The notes under the pieces: model-generated
The model's database searches: none
What the model saw: the letters and a program-made list of their open reading frames with translations, nothing else
Told to the model about the DNA's origin: nothing
Virus record (IMG/VR): IMGVR_UViG_3300038425_000083
Span: 1-64,000 of that record
DNA from: a virus
DNA length: 64,000 nucleotides
Direction: 5' to 3' (one strand)
Shown here: positions 40,387 through 49,987 of the stretch, in pieces
How positions within the stretch are numbered: the stretch's first letter is position 1
Layout: the number at the start of each line of letters is the position of its first letter
Made by a program: the position numbers and the translations under genes

Positions 40387-40414
40387 AAATACCATAATGT
40401 TTTCGGTTGATTAT
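40387..40414 (+). repeat. non-coding repeat, copy 5
   Basis: AAATACCATAATGTTTTCGGTTGATTAT. Confidence 0.75.
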
Positions 40415-40544
40415 AAAATGTTGTTCACCTAAATGTTCAAAATGAAGCCAAAAAAGCAGAAAAGTTCCGGAATTCCGGAAGTGATTCTTCATTTTGAAGC
40501 CAAAAGCAGAATAAATTCTCAAATTGAGGATGGAAATCTCAAAA

Positions 40545-42014
40545 ATGACTCTACTTTTTCATGTAATCGATCTTCAAAAATCTTCAGAGGGGGCCAAGAA
40601 GGCCTGGGAAACAAGAAGACATGGAGGTTCCCATCAGAAGATTAAGTTAACAAAGCAGCAAGCTTGGGATTTGAGAGAACAAGAACGCAAAGCTCAAATG
40701 AATCTTCCTCTTAAAGAGAGGGCAAAGTTAAAACAAAGATATGATGAACTAAAACAAGATGCGGAATTATCTTCCGAAGAATACGCAAAGAAGTATTCAA
40801 AGGAATACGGAGAAAAGTATTTAAAAGAATATCCGTATGCACTTGAATATCGGCAAAAGATGGCAAAAGAAATTGTTTCTAAGCCATTTGAAGAACAACT
40901 TAAACTCTTCTCTGAGAAAAAGAAGCCTGAAGACATGACCTGGACAGAATACTTTGAACACAGAAAAGCTACTCCAAAGGGTCAAATGCCAGGGCAGTTC
41001 TATGCCGGAGATGTGAACCGAATACGAAAAGATTACAAGAAACTTCAGGAGAAGAAACAACTTAAACTCTTCCCAGAGAAGAAGCCCGAGAAATCTTTAA
41101 AACAAAAACAGATAGATGCTATGACTAAGGAAGAACGAAAGAAATATATGGCTCCGTGGGGAGGACGAATAGGAAAGCCGAAGATCGAGAGTAGCAAAGC
41201 TCACTTTACACCAAAAGAAGTTAGTTCTGCAATCGATAAATTGAAGACTGCTACTATTGAAGATGTTCAGGGTGGAAAAATCCCTCTTGCTTTTTACGGG
41301 GGAAATGAACTTGGCCCAGAGATTGTTGCCCAGTTTAGTAATGGCAAGATTCGTTTGTTCGATGGTTTTTTTAAGATGCCTGCGGAAGATCGCCCCTCAT
41401 TGCTTTACCATGAATTTGGGCATGAGGTTACACGTATAGCATTTGGTTATCATTCAGATGAGACTAACTCCATGTTAAAACCATTCCAGTTGGGTACAAT
41501 GAGATATGACAATTTTGCAGGAGCCAGTTATCGTCCAGATGAAATGATAGCGGATATCTACTCAGAGGCGATGACCGTCAAGGAACCGATATGGGAGAGC
41601 GGTGGGAAGTATGAGCGAATGACAGATTACATTCTTAATATTGCTCATAGTGCAGGGTTACCCACTCCAAAATGGTTTACTTCTAAGTCCGTTCCTGAAA
41701 AGGTTTACCCTGCAGGTTATAAACCAGAATCAATAGATGAATGGATGGATTGGCACGAGAAGCATAAAGATGAGTTAGAACGGAAGCAAGAGAAGCGAGA
41801 TGTCTTATTTAAGAAGAGTTTTTATCCTGGAACATTAGCGATGACCGCTGGTAAAGATTTACCACGTCCTCGGAAGATAAAGGATGTAGAGAGGTTGATA
41901 AGAAAAGTCGAAAAGAATGAAAAGGACCGAAAGAAAATGTTAACGGCTGATATATTACCAGAAAATCCTTTGAAGCAAACAACAGGAAGCGGCTCTCAAG
42001 CAGTTCTTGGGTAA
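40545..42014 (+). CDS. tagged protein with zincin-like (HEFGH) domain and QLxLF motifs
   Basis: FHVIDLQK-SSEGAKKAWETRRHGGSH; HEFGH...EMIAD; QLKLF twice. The start could be 40530. Confidence 0.7.
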   Translation: MTLLFHVIDLQKSSEGAKKAWETRRHGGSHQKIKLTKQQAWDLREQERKAQMNLPLKERAKLKQRYDELKQDAELSSEEYAKKYSKEYGEKYLKEYPYALEYRQKMAKEIVSKPFEEQLKLFSEKKKPEDMTWTEYFEHRKATPKGQMPGQFYAGDVNRIRKDYKKLQEKKQLKLFPEKKPEKSLKQKQIDAMTKEERKKYMAPWGGRIGKPKIESSKAHFTPKEVSSAIDKLKTATIEDVQGGKIPLAFYGGNELGPEIVAQFSNGKIRLFDGFFKMPAEDRPSLLYHEFGHEVTRIAFGYHSDETNSMLKPFQLGTMRYDNFAGASYRPDEMIADIYSEAMTVKEPIWESGGKYERMTDYILNIAHSAGLPTPKWFTSKSVPEKVYPAGYKPESIDEWMDWHEKHKDELERKQEKRDVLFKKSFYPGTLAMTAGKDLPRPRKIKDVERLIRKVEKNEKDRKKMLTADILPENPLKQTTGSGSQAVLG

Positions 42015-42089
42015 CTAAGGAAGACTGATTTCTGCATACAACTACTTATAACTGAAAGCAGAGCTCGAGTCGCCCATGAAATTTCTGGG

Positions 42090-42488
42090 ATGATTCTATT
42101 GGGCTCAAAAGAAGTGGATGTGCCCTTCGGGGCAATCAGTCTGGTTCTAAATATTATGTTTAATCAAGAAGATAAAGAGTTTTTAGAAGTTATGAATCTT
42201 AGGAAGCATATCCTGTCTAAAATGGATAAGCATCCAGATGAGATGTTTTACGCTTTTTCCTGGGTTCTACTTGAAGGGGTAAAAGATGGATACTTAGAAT
42301 TTACTAAAGATTTGGATTTGACAGCAAAAGATTGTGAAGAAATCTTTAAAGGCATGCTCGAGAAAGAGTTCAATTCATTAGATGATTTAGATGTTGCCAT
42401 TGATTTCGGCCAGAAAGTTTTAAAAAAGTTTGATGAAGTCTTTAGACTATTAAAAAAGGAAAAGAGAGGTAAAGAGAGAAGTCTTTAA
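42090..42488 (+). CDS. hypothetical protein
   Basis: 132 aa ORF. Confidence 0.55.
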   Translation: MILLGSKEVDVPFGAISLVLNIMFNQEDKEFLEVMNLRKHILSKMDKHPDEMFYAFSWVLLEGVKDGYLEFTKDLDLTAKDCEEIFKGMLEKEFNSLDDLDVAIDFGQKVLKKFDEVFRLLKKEKRGKERSL

Positions 42489-42557
42489 AGCATTACGTGA
42501 AAATTGAAACTTGAATAACCGCCCATGAAAAATTGATACTCTCTTTTGTGGGTTAGT

Positions 42558-43214
42558 ATGCTTATTAATGCAGCAGATATTCTTAACATTATAGGAACGT
42601 CTGGTTATTCAGGGTTAGGAACGTCAGGCTATTCTGGAACAGGTTATTCTGGTTATTCTGGAGCAGGTTACTCTGGGGCATCTGGTTACTCAGGATACGA
42701 TGCCAGGGCAGGATATTCTGGTATTTCTGGATACTCTGGGATAGTTAAAACCAGGCTGGATTATTCGCCTGAACTTGTTTTTACAGTTGATGTCACTGGT
42801 ACGACAGAACCAATCACAGAAGTACGCTTAACTATTCATGACAATAGAAAGGTTAGCTATACAGGACAATATAAAGAAGGTAGGGCTTTCTTTAAGCTGG
42901 ATGAACTTAAAAAATATTTTAAAGTTGGAGCATTTAAGTATGATCTTGAAATATTTATTGGTAATCAATTCTTTGTTCCTTTGTCTGGTCAAATAGAGTT
43001 TACTGAACCAATAAGAGTGACAGCCGATAAAGAGTCCCTCAAAGAGCCTCCTGTTGCGATAGTCCAGGCTGGAATTTCTATGGCTAAGGCTTTAGACTTC
43101 GGGATTCCAAAACCAGAACCCAAAGTTGTTAAAAAAAGTGAGAGTGAAAAAGTTGTAAGAAGAAAAACAAAACAAAGATTTGTAGTTTTAGATTTTAAAG
43201 AGAAGAGGGGTTAA
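42558..43214 (+). CDS. protein with SGYSG repeats and a beta-rich domain
   Basis: About nine GYS/GYD units at 42600-42740. Confidence 0.65.
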   Translation: MLINAADILNIIGTSGYSGLGTSGYSGTGYSGYSGAGYSGASGYSGYDARAGYSGISGYSGIVKTRLDYSPELVFTVDVTGTTEPITEVRLTIHDNRKVSYTGQYKEGRAFFKLDELKKYFKVGAFKYDLEIFIGNQFFVPLSGQIEFTEPIRVTADKESLKEPPVAIVQAGISMAKALDFGIPKPEPKVVKKSESEKVVRRKTKQRFVVLDFKEKRG

Positions 43215-44311
43215 TGACAGAACCTGTTAGGCGTTGGGATGATTGGAGATGGCAGTTAAGAAATCGTATTACGACTAAAGAAGAATTAGAGAAATTAATT
43301 GAACTTATCCCTGAAGAAATAAAAGGGATAGAATCATTGCAAGGTAAAGGTATGGGGTTAAACATAACGCCTTACTATGCTTCTTTAGTTGACCCGAAGT
43401 CTCCCAACGATCCTATAAGAAGAACCGTTGTTCCAAGGATTGAGGAGACAATTATCAAGCCTTGCGAGATGGAAGACCCTTTAGCTGAAGATAGGATGAG
43501 TCCGGTTCCAGGGTTAGTCCGTAGATATCCAGATCGGGTTCTTTTGCTTGTAACAGACCATTGTGCGAGCTATTGTCGTTATTGTACCAGGCGGAGACTG
43601 GTAGGTCACAAGGAAAGACCAATAACAAAGACTGATTTTAAAGAGGTTGTTCGTTGGCTTAAGGAGCATAGAGAAATAAAGGATGTTCTTATATCAGGTG
43701 GTGATCCTTTGACTTTAGAAACAACAAAGTTGGAGGACTTTTTAAGAGACCTCTATGCTATACCTCATATTGATTTAATTCGCATAGGAACGAAAGCTCC
43801 TGTGACTATGCCTATGAGAATAACATCGAGTCTTTGTAATACTTTGAGAAGTTATCATCCTTTGTTTATCTCAATAAATTTTATTCACCCAAAGGAGATA
43901 ACTGATGAGTGCAAGGAGGCTTGTATAAAACTTGCGGAGGCTGGGATACCGTTAGGAAGTCAAACTGTTCTTCTTAAAGGAGTCAATGATGATGTTCCCA
44001 CAATGAGAAAGCTAATGCATGAACTTCTTAAAATCAGAGTCAAGCCATACTATATTTATCAGTGTGATCTTGCTCAAGGAACAGATCATTTTAGAACTCC
44101 TGTGTCTACAGGTATAAAAATTATTAATAAGCTCCGTGGATTTACAACAGGATTTGGAGTACCAACTTATGTTATTGATGGCCCCGGAGGTCTTGGAAAG
44201 ATTCCAGTTTCGCCAGACTATGTTGTAAGCAGAGATGAAAAGAAAATTATTCTAAGAAATTTTAAAGATAAGACATGCGAATATCCGGAGGTTGAAAATG
44301 AAAGTAATTAG
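43214..44311 (+). CDS. kamA: lysine 2,3-aminomutase (KamA/AblA-family radical SAM, PLP enzyme)
   Basis: DWRWQLRNRI, RYPDRVL, CASYCRYCTRRR, SGGDPL, QTVLLKGVND, PYYIYQCD, and GGLGKIP carrying the PLP lysine. Confidence 0.9.
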   Translation: MTEPVRRWDDWRWQLRNRITTKEELEKLIELIPEEIKGIESLQGKGMGLNITPYYASLVDPKSPNDPIRRTVVPRIEETIIKPCEMEDPLAEDRMSPVPGLVRRYPDRVLLLVTDHCASYCRYCTRRRLVGHKERPITKTDFKEVVRWLKEHREIKDVLISGGDPLTLETTKLEDFLRDLYAIPHIDLIRIGTKAPVTMPMRITSSLCNTLRSYHPLFISINFIHPKEITDECKEACIKLAEAGIPLGSQTVLLKGVNDDVPTMRKLMHELLKIRVKPYYIYQCDLAQGTDHFRTPVSTGIKIINKLRGFTTGFGVPTYVIDGPGGLGKIPVSPDYVVSRDEKKIILRNFKDKTCEYPEVENESN

Positions 44312-44513
44312 TGATTATGATGAGCACGCAGATGTTCTTTATTTAACTTTTGATGATGCAGAGCCTGCAATCTGCTATGAGTTAGAGGAAAAATTCAGAA
44401 GTGCCATTTTAGTCCGTTATAATCCAGCAACTGATAGAGTTTCTGGAATAACAATTTTAAATTTGAAAGACATTAAACCAAAGGATGAACATGAAAATTT
44501 CGGATTTTTTTAA
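44298..44513 (+). CDS. DUF2283-like protein
   Basis: YDEHADVLYLTF...ILVRY......VSGITILN. Confidence 0.7.
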   Translation: MKVISDYDEHADVLYLTFDDAEPAICYELEEKFRSAILVRYNPATDRVSGITILNLKDIKPKDEHENFGFF

Positions 44514-44700
44514 TCCCCAAAGTTTAGAACATATGATGGCTTACAAACATCTTCAGGAGAAAGGATTTTGGCCTGAGGGTTTTATTCCGGAGAGAATGGA
44601 ATTTGAACCTGCCTGGCAAATCATTCTTCAAGGAAAGATGGCCGAAGAGTATATGAAGCAGTTAGAGAAAGGATGGGATTGTGAATGGATGGAGGGGTAA

Positions 44701-45102
44701 ATGGCTGATTGGAGCATTGTTCGTTTTGACCCTGACTATCCAGAGAAACTTGATCCAGAAATCATTCCTCTCTGTGATGCTTTGAATGCAGCCGGTTTTG
44801 TAACGACTGCCTCTTGTTGTGGTCACGTGCGGGATTGGCCTATTGTATGGTTTGAACATAGTACCGATGAGCGTACCGAGAGCTTAGCAAGATTCATTAT
44901 CAAAGAAGAACAAGGGGATTACCGTCCTCATTTTTCAGTCTTTAGAAAAGAAATTTTACTTGAAGGATATATCTGGTGTTTAGAAATACATTGCAATAAT
45001 GTGTATAGTGATACACCGCAGAACATAGTTCATAAAGAATATGAACAAGCTTTGGTTAAAGTCACTCAGTTGATTGATGAATGGAGGGAACATAATGGCT
45101 GA
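44701..45102 (+). CDS. hypothetical protein with a TYW3-like N-terminal motif
   Basis: LDPEIIPLCDALN..GFVTTASCCGH. Confidence 0.45.
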   Translation: MADWSIVRFDPDYPEKLDPEIIPLCDALNAAGFVTTASCCGHVRDWPIVWFEHSTDERTESLARFIIKEEQGDYRPHFSVFRKEILLEGYIWCLEIHCNNVYSDTPQNIVHKEYEQALVKVTQLIDEWREHNG

Positions 45103-45258
45103 TCTTATAAAGATTCTTAAGCTTGAATGTTTGATATGCGGTACTGTCTTTGACTTGGAGACCCCGACAGGTTTTATAAGATGGCAGTATTGTCCTGCAT
45201 GTAAGAACTCCGGGAAGTTTAAGCAACTTGGAATGACAATAAAAGAGGAGAAGAAATA

Positions 45259-46581
45259 GTGAGAGCAGTTATAAGAAGACCCCAATCTGAATCATATATT
45301 ATTTTGGAAAAGGCCAAGAAGACGCCTTCAAAGAAAGTTCTTATTTGGGACTGCGATTATGGGACAGAACTTGCGGCCAGATTTGCTAAAGATGGACATG
45401 ATACTCTTTATTATACGGAGTGGCCTGAGTCCCATTCCCATTTTAATAAGTTTGCCGTCGGCTTAGGAATGGATGGCATTAAGAAGATTAAGCATTTCTT
45501 TAAATACTACAAAGATGTTGATTATATTATTTTTATGGAAACGGGACGTGGAGACTTGTGCAACGATCTTAGAAAAGAAAAAATTGCTAATCCTGATTCC
45601 TCTTTACCTTATATCTTCGGTGCTGGTCTCGGTGAGAAGTTAGAACTGAAGCGTGCCTGGGCCAAAGAGATTCAAAAGCAGGTGGGACTTCCAGTCGCAC
45701 CTTATAAGATAATTAAAGGAGTTGAAGGAGTTATTAACTATCTGAAGAAGAATCCTGGGAAGTGGATTAAACAGGATATCTTTAGAGGAGATAAAGAAAC
45801 TTTCTATGCTGAGGATGAATACGGGGCAAGAACAGAACTTAATTATTTGCGTCCCAAAATCGGGCCGTTTGAAGAAACGTATGAGTTCATAGTAGAAGAC
45901 CCGGTCAAAGATGCTGTAGAAGCTGGTTGGGATTTATTTTTTAATGGTAATGATTTTCTTAAGCCTTACTTATGGGGATATTGCCAAGACTGGTTTTATG
46001 TTGGCAAATTTACCGATAAAATGCCTCCTGTATTGGAGGATGTGGCTGTGAGAATAAAACCTATCCTTCAAGAGTTGAATTACAGAGGAATTATATCAAT
46101 AGAATGCCAAGTTGTAAAAGACGGCACAGGATTTGTAACCGATTGGACTACAAGATTTCCTTTGCCGTTAGGTTTTGCTTATGAATACGGCTTAAAGAAC
46201 TTTTCCGATGTCATGTTTGCGGTTGCCGAAGGCAAAGATATAGAACTTGACATTAAGAACAAGTATATTGGTTACATGGAAGTTCAATCTATGGATGTTC
46301 AAGATAGTTGGCTTAAAGTAACCTTCCCAGAGAAGTATAAAGATAATATCAAATTAAGAAAGCCGACTAAGGTTGAAGGAAATTACTATGCTATCCCGAC
46401 CATCGATGAAGTTTTATGTGCTGTAGTTGATTCTAATTCAAATATGAAAAATATGTTTGAGAGGATTTGTGATATAGGAACACAAATTAAAGCATCTGGA
46501 TGTGATGCTGGTCAAGCTTCCGATGCTTACGGAATTTATGAAGAGATAAAAAAAGGGAAGAAGAGGGGGCTTGATTTCTAA
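45259..46581 (+). CDS. ATP-grasp ligase (PurD-like) with a YIILEK-A leader
   Basis: KLELKRAWAKE...VGLPV, WIK, FIVEDPV...EAG, YRGIISIEC and DWTTRF. Confidence 0.75.
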   Translation: MRAVIRRPQSESYIILEKAKKTPSKKVLIWDCDYGTELAARFAKDGHDTLYYTEWPESHSHFNKFAVGLGMDGIKKIKHFFKYYKDVDYIIFMETGRGDLCNDLRKEKIANPDSSLPYIFGAGLGEKLELKRAWAKEIQKQVGLPVAPYKIIKGVEGVINYLKKNPGKWIKQDIFRGDKETFYAEDEYGARTELNYLRPKIGPFEETYEFIVEDPVKDAVEAGWDLFFNGNDFLKPYLWGYCQDWFYVGKFTDKMPPVLEDVAVRIKPILQELNYRGIISIECQVVKDGTGFVTDWTTRFPLPLGFAYEYGLKNFSDVMFAVAEGKDIELDIKNKYIGYMEVQSMDVQDSWLKVTFPEKYKDNIKLRKPTKVEGNYYAIPTIDEVLCAVVDSNSNMKNMFERICDIGTQIKASGCDAGQASDAYGIYEEIKKGKKRGLDF

Positions 46582-47321
46582 TGATAGTCTATGTTGATGA
46601 CCGATTAATGAAAGCTGACCGTAGCCATGTTGCCTTTGAAAGAACTGTTAAAGGCAAGCAACAACATATCAAACAAAAGGGTTCGAAGAAAGAAGAAGAG
46701 ACTGAGCAAAAAAATAAAAAGCCTAAAGGCGAGCAGGCCAGAACCGAAGCCAAAGGGATAGTCGATAGTATAGGAAATACTATGAAAATATTTAAACAGT
46801 CTGAAGGGATGTGCGGGCCGACGAGTGTTAGCATGGCATTGACAAAATTCAGAAAAAATTATTCTCCGGAACAAATAGCCAAGATTGCCCACTCTACGGC
46901 TTCGGAAGGAACAGATAGCGGTGAGTTGGTAAAGGCAATTAAATCTGTTGGTATAGATGTTGTTGAATATAAAAATTTAAGTAGGTTACATGCCTTGCAT
47001 GTTCTTAGGAATCATACCAAGAATGGAGAGCCTTGTATCGTATCTTGGCTTAAAACAAAACTCGTATCTTCAAGTGAGTCCAGTATAAAGGGGTCAGAAG
47101 GGATGAAGCCTGGTTTTGAAGAAGTCCCGGACATGAAGACGATATCGAAAAAGCAAGCAGAAGAAGCAGAGCATTATTCAGTTGTTAAAAGTGTAGACGA
47201 TAAGTATGTTCATATGCTTGATCCGTTGGAAGACAAAGAACAATCACTTCCAATTAAATATTTTTTGGATAGATGGTGGGATTCAGAGGATAAGAGATGG
47301 TTCCTGGTCTTAACAAAATAG
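46581..47321 (+). CDS. C39-like cysteine peptidase with N-terminal tag
   Basis: Q....CGPTS, EGT, HYSVV and LDP motifs; LMK-A...FERTVKGK tag. Confidence 0.75.
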   Translation: MIVYVDDRLMKADRSHVAFERTVKGKQQHIKQKGSKKEEETEQKNKKPKGEQARTEAKGIVDSIGNTMKIFKQSEGMCGPTSVSMALTKFRKNYSPEQIAKIAHSTASEGTDSGELVKAIKSVGIDVVEYKNLSRLHALHVLRNHTKNGEPCIVSWLKTKLVSSSESSIKGSEGMKPGFEEVPDMKTISKKQAEEAEHYSVVKSVDDKYVHMLDPLEDKEQSLPIKYFLDRWWDSEDKRWFLVLTK

Positions 47322-47331
47322 GAGGAGAAAC

Positions 47332-47739
47332 ATGGAAGAAAGAGCTTGGAGGAACATAAGTATCGGAAAGACAGATCGCCCTGTGTTATGTCCTGATCTT
47401 ATTCGTCAGAGATGTGTCATCGAGTTTTTGACTGATTTGGACATGAATGACTTTGATTTCATGGAGAAACACCTAACGAAGTTTCTCCATGATTTGTCAA
47501 AAACCTTGGATATGAGGATATTCATGGGGCCGATTATAGGGAACGACAGAAACGAACTTACTGGCGAGAATGGTCCCTCAGCACTTGTAGGATGGACTAC
47601 TTCGGGTTGCCAGATTCACTCTTGGCCTTTCAGAAAGTTTGTATCGATTGATATCTATAGCTGCAAAGCGTACGATGTATTAAAGGCATTCAAACTTGTG
47701 ACTAAATATTTTAATCCTGTTATTGTGGACATTCGTTAA
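47332..47739 (+). CDS. S-adenosylmethionine decarboxylase-like pyruvoyl proenzyme
   Basis: GPSALVGWTT-SGCQIHSWP....SIDIYSCK, the SpeD/SpeH pattern with the self-cleavage Ser. Confidence 0.75.
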   Translation: MEERAWRNISIGKTDRPVLCPDLIRQRCVIEFLTDLDMNDFDFMEKHLTKFLHDLSKTLDMRIFMGPIIGNDRNELTGENGPSALVGWTTSGCQIHSWPFRKFVSIDIYSCKAYDVLKAFKLVTKYFNPVIVDIR

Positions 47740-48554
47740 TGAGGATGCAAGTCTATTTAAGAAAGTTGTTTAAAGTCGTTAGTGAACGGAGGCTTTGGCT
47801 TACTGTTCTTGGGAAAACAGGACGCCAGTATATCTGGATTGTTCGATCAACTTTAGAGTTTGATCATGACAGGCCAAACTTTTTAATTGCTGCAGGTTTT
47901 CATGGAGAGGAGATTGCCGGGCCTTTTGCGATTCTGAAATGGCTTGAAACTGCAACTCCAAATCAACTTGCAAAGGCCAATTTTACATTTTTACCAGTTA
48001 TGAACCCGATCGGATTTAACAGAGGTTCTCGGTATGCTCGAGCAGGAGAGAAAACAAATGCTGGCTTCTATCACGTAGAAGAAAGCAAAGATGTTCTTTC
48101 AACAGAGGGTCAGATTCTTATGGAGAATGTTGACTTTCTGATTAAGGCTGCCAGGGATGGCTTTCTTAGTTTGCATGAGGATGAGACTGTAGATAAGTTC
48201 TATGTTTATGATTATGTAGCAGAGGAGCGAGCCAAGCCAAGTTCTTTTGCAAGAGCTATGAGAGATGAGGAGAAGAAGTTTTTTGATGTCATTGCGGATA
48301 ATACCCCTGTCAATGAGGAAGGCGATCCGAATGCAGTTGTTTGGGATGGGATTGTTTATCATTTGTGCGATGGTAGTTTTGAAGACATGTTAATGCATAA
48401 CGGAATACCAAGAGCTATAACTACAGAGACCCCATCACTTGGCATCGGATTGGAAAAAAGAGTTGAAGCTGGGGTTGCGTTAATAACAAAATTTGTTAAT
48501 TTATCTGTTAGACGTTCCAGGGTTATGTCAAAATATAGGAGAGATAAAGAATAA
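47739..48554 (+). CDS. M14-family deacylase (succinylglutamate desuccinylase/aspartoacylase-like)
   Basis: AGFHGEE, PVMNP.G, SLHED and TTETP. Confidence 0.8.
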   Translation: MRMQVYLRKLFKVVSERRLWLTVLGKTGRQYIWIVRSTLEFDHDRPNFLIAAGFHGEEIAGPFAILKWLETATPNQLAKANFTFLPVMNPIGFNRGSRYARAGEKTNAGFYHVEESKDVLSTEGQILMENVDFLIKAARDGFLSLHEDETVDKFYVYDYVAEERAKPSSFARAMRDEEKKFFDVIADNTPVNEEGDPNAVVWDGIVYHLCDGSFEDMLMHNGIPRAITTETPSLGIGLEKRVEAGVALITKFVNLSVRRSRVMSKYRRDKE

Positions 48555-49313
48555 ATGGGAAGAGAAGTTAAATGTTTTATGTTAGAACCGACAGATCGAG
48601 TTAGAAGGCATCTTCGAAGATTTGTATCTTTTAAAGTCTCGCAAGCTGACCGAGAATGTAAAGTAGCTGAACATGGCTATCATCAGGCACGACAAATGAT
48701 TGAAGATGCACCAGCTCAGATGACCAGAAGAATTATTCAAACAGAGAACGGAATAAAAGAAGTAGGCGATCCTATCTATATTGAATGCGAACAGCCAGGA
48801 AGATTTAGAGTTTTAGAATTTGTTGGAATATCGGGATATACAGGGCATCAGGGCCTCTCTGGTGTTTGCAATGCTGATGAAACCGATCACCAAGTTTATT
48901 CCGGAAAGGAAGATCCGAGATGGCCATGGCACTGCCCATGTGGTTATAAGTTTACTCCTGAAGATGAATGGCAGGTGTTTACGAATCTTATCTACAAGCG
49001 GAAGGATACCGGCGAGTTGATGACATTGCAAGAGTCTCCTCCCGGGGCTATGTGGGATGCCGATTGGATGCATGACCTAATCGAGTATTACGGTAGTGAT
49101 CATAGAGGAGAGAGATTGGACGATGGCATGATTCTGGTCGTTAAAACTCCTGCTGGGGAATGGCTGATTGATGGGCCGTCGAGCGACAAACCTTCTAAAC
49201 GATGGACAAGAAGTGGAGTTCCTCCACTTATAACGGTTCAAGGTTCTATTGGAATTGGAAGTCCGCAGAAATATCATGGGATGCTTATTGAAGGAGTTTT
49301 GAGAGATGTATAA
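48555..49313 (+). CDS. hypothetical protein
   Basis: WP..C.CG, PPGAMW and W.IDG...W.RSGVPP.ITV..SI...YHG motifs. Confidence 0.6.
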   Translation: MGREVKCFMLEPTDRVRRHLRRFVSFKVSQADRECKVAEHGYHQARQMIEDAPAQMTRRIIQTENGIKEVGDPIYIECEQPGRFRVLEFVGISGYTGHQGLSGVCNADETDHQVYSGKEDPRWPWHCPCGYKFTPEDEWQVFTNLIYKRKDTGELMTLQESPPGAMWDADWMHDLIEYYGSDHRGERLDDGMILVVKTPAGEWLIDGPSSDKPSKRWTRSGVPPLITVQGSIGIGSPQKYHGMLIEGVLRDV

Positions 49314-49839
49314 GTTTGTTATTTTAGAAAAATCTAAGGACTTTCCAGGAGGCTATTACTATATAGACCTTGACAAGACGCTCGCATATCATAAAACCGA
49401 ATGGGGGGCAGATGTCATAGGTAAGCCACTTCCTAAGATGTTGAAAAAACTTAAGGGCTTATTGCGGAATGGAAAGAAGATAAAGATTTTCACTGCAAGA
49501 GCTACCGATAAAAAAGCTGTTAAAGAAATTCAAGCTTGGTTGAAGGAAAATAAATTACCCCGCTTTGAAGTTACCAATATAAAGGGAACTGATGTCATTG
49601 AGATATGGGATGATAGAGCAAGACAAGTTGATCCTAATACTGGAGAGTTTACAAAAGCGCAGGGTGGATACGGGGGCTCTCGAGTTCCTTTGATTGGATT
49701 AGGCCTACCAGGTTCTGGACAGTTTCGTTCTCATAAATTGGGGAGATCAGAACGGAAGAGGTTAGCTAAAAGAAAACGTATAGAGCGAAAGAAAGAACGG
49801 AAGGAAGATATAGAAGCATATGGCGAAGCTCTTGACTAA
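49306..49839 (+). CDS. HAD-family phosphatase with FVILEK-S leader
   Basis: DLDKTLA, FTAR, K and WDDRA: a capless HAD of the polynucleotide 3'-phosphatase type. Confidence 0.75.
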   Translation: MYKFVILEKSKDFPGGYYYIDLDKTLAYHKTEWGADVIGKPLPKMLKKLKGLLRNGKKIKIFTARATDKKAVKEIQAWLKENKLPRFEVTNIKGTDVIEIWDDRARQVDPNTGEFTKAQGGYGGSRVPLIGLGLPGSGQFRSHKLGRSERKRLAKRKRIERKKERKEDIEAYGEALD

Positions 49840-49987
49840 TTATGTCATTTTGAAAAAGGCTGAGAAGAAGTTACCAGATCATAACTCTATGCAATTTCAC
49901 AAGGAACTTTTTGAAGTAGAAGATGATCTGATGGATTACTTAGACACATTGGAGAAAGAACCAAAGCATGAGGCTCGTAATTCTTAA
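49820..49987 (+). CDS. small leader-bearing protein (55 aa, not in the ORF track)
   Basis: MAKLLTNYVILKK-AEKK... Confidence 0.5.
   Translation: MAKLLTNYVILKKAEKKLPDHNSMQFHKELFEVEDDLMDYLDTLEKEPKHEARNS

Noticed and set aside
11198-40414. Complete dif/cer-type Xer sites
   Set aside because: The XerD-like arm has no XerC-like arm at 6-8 nt spacing, so it is kept only as a hypothesis.
43214-44311. EF-P beta-lysylation (EpmB) pathway
   Set aside because: The sequence looks KamA/AblA-like, and no EpmA or EF-P was seen in the window.
44701-45102. TYW3 tRNA methyltransferase
   Set aside because: Only the N-terminal motif resembles it, and the protein is short.
45259-46581. True PurD in purine biosynthesis
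   Set aside because: It lacks the GSGGREH and RFGDPE signatures; only the ATP-grasp fold is supported.
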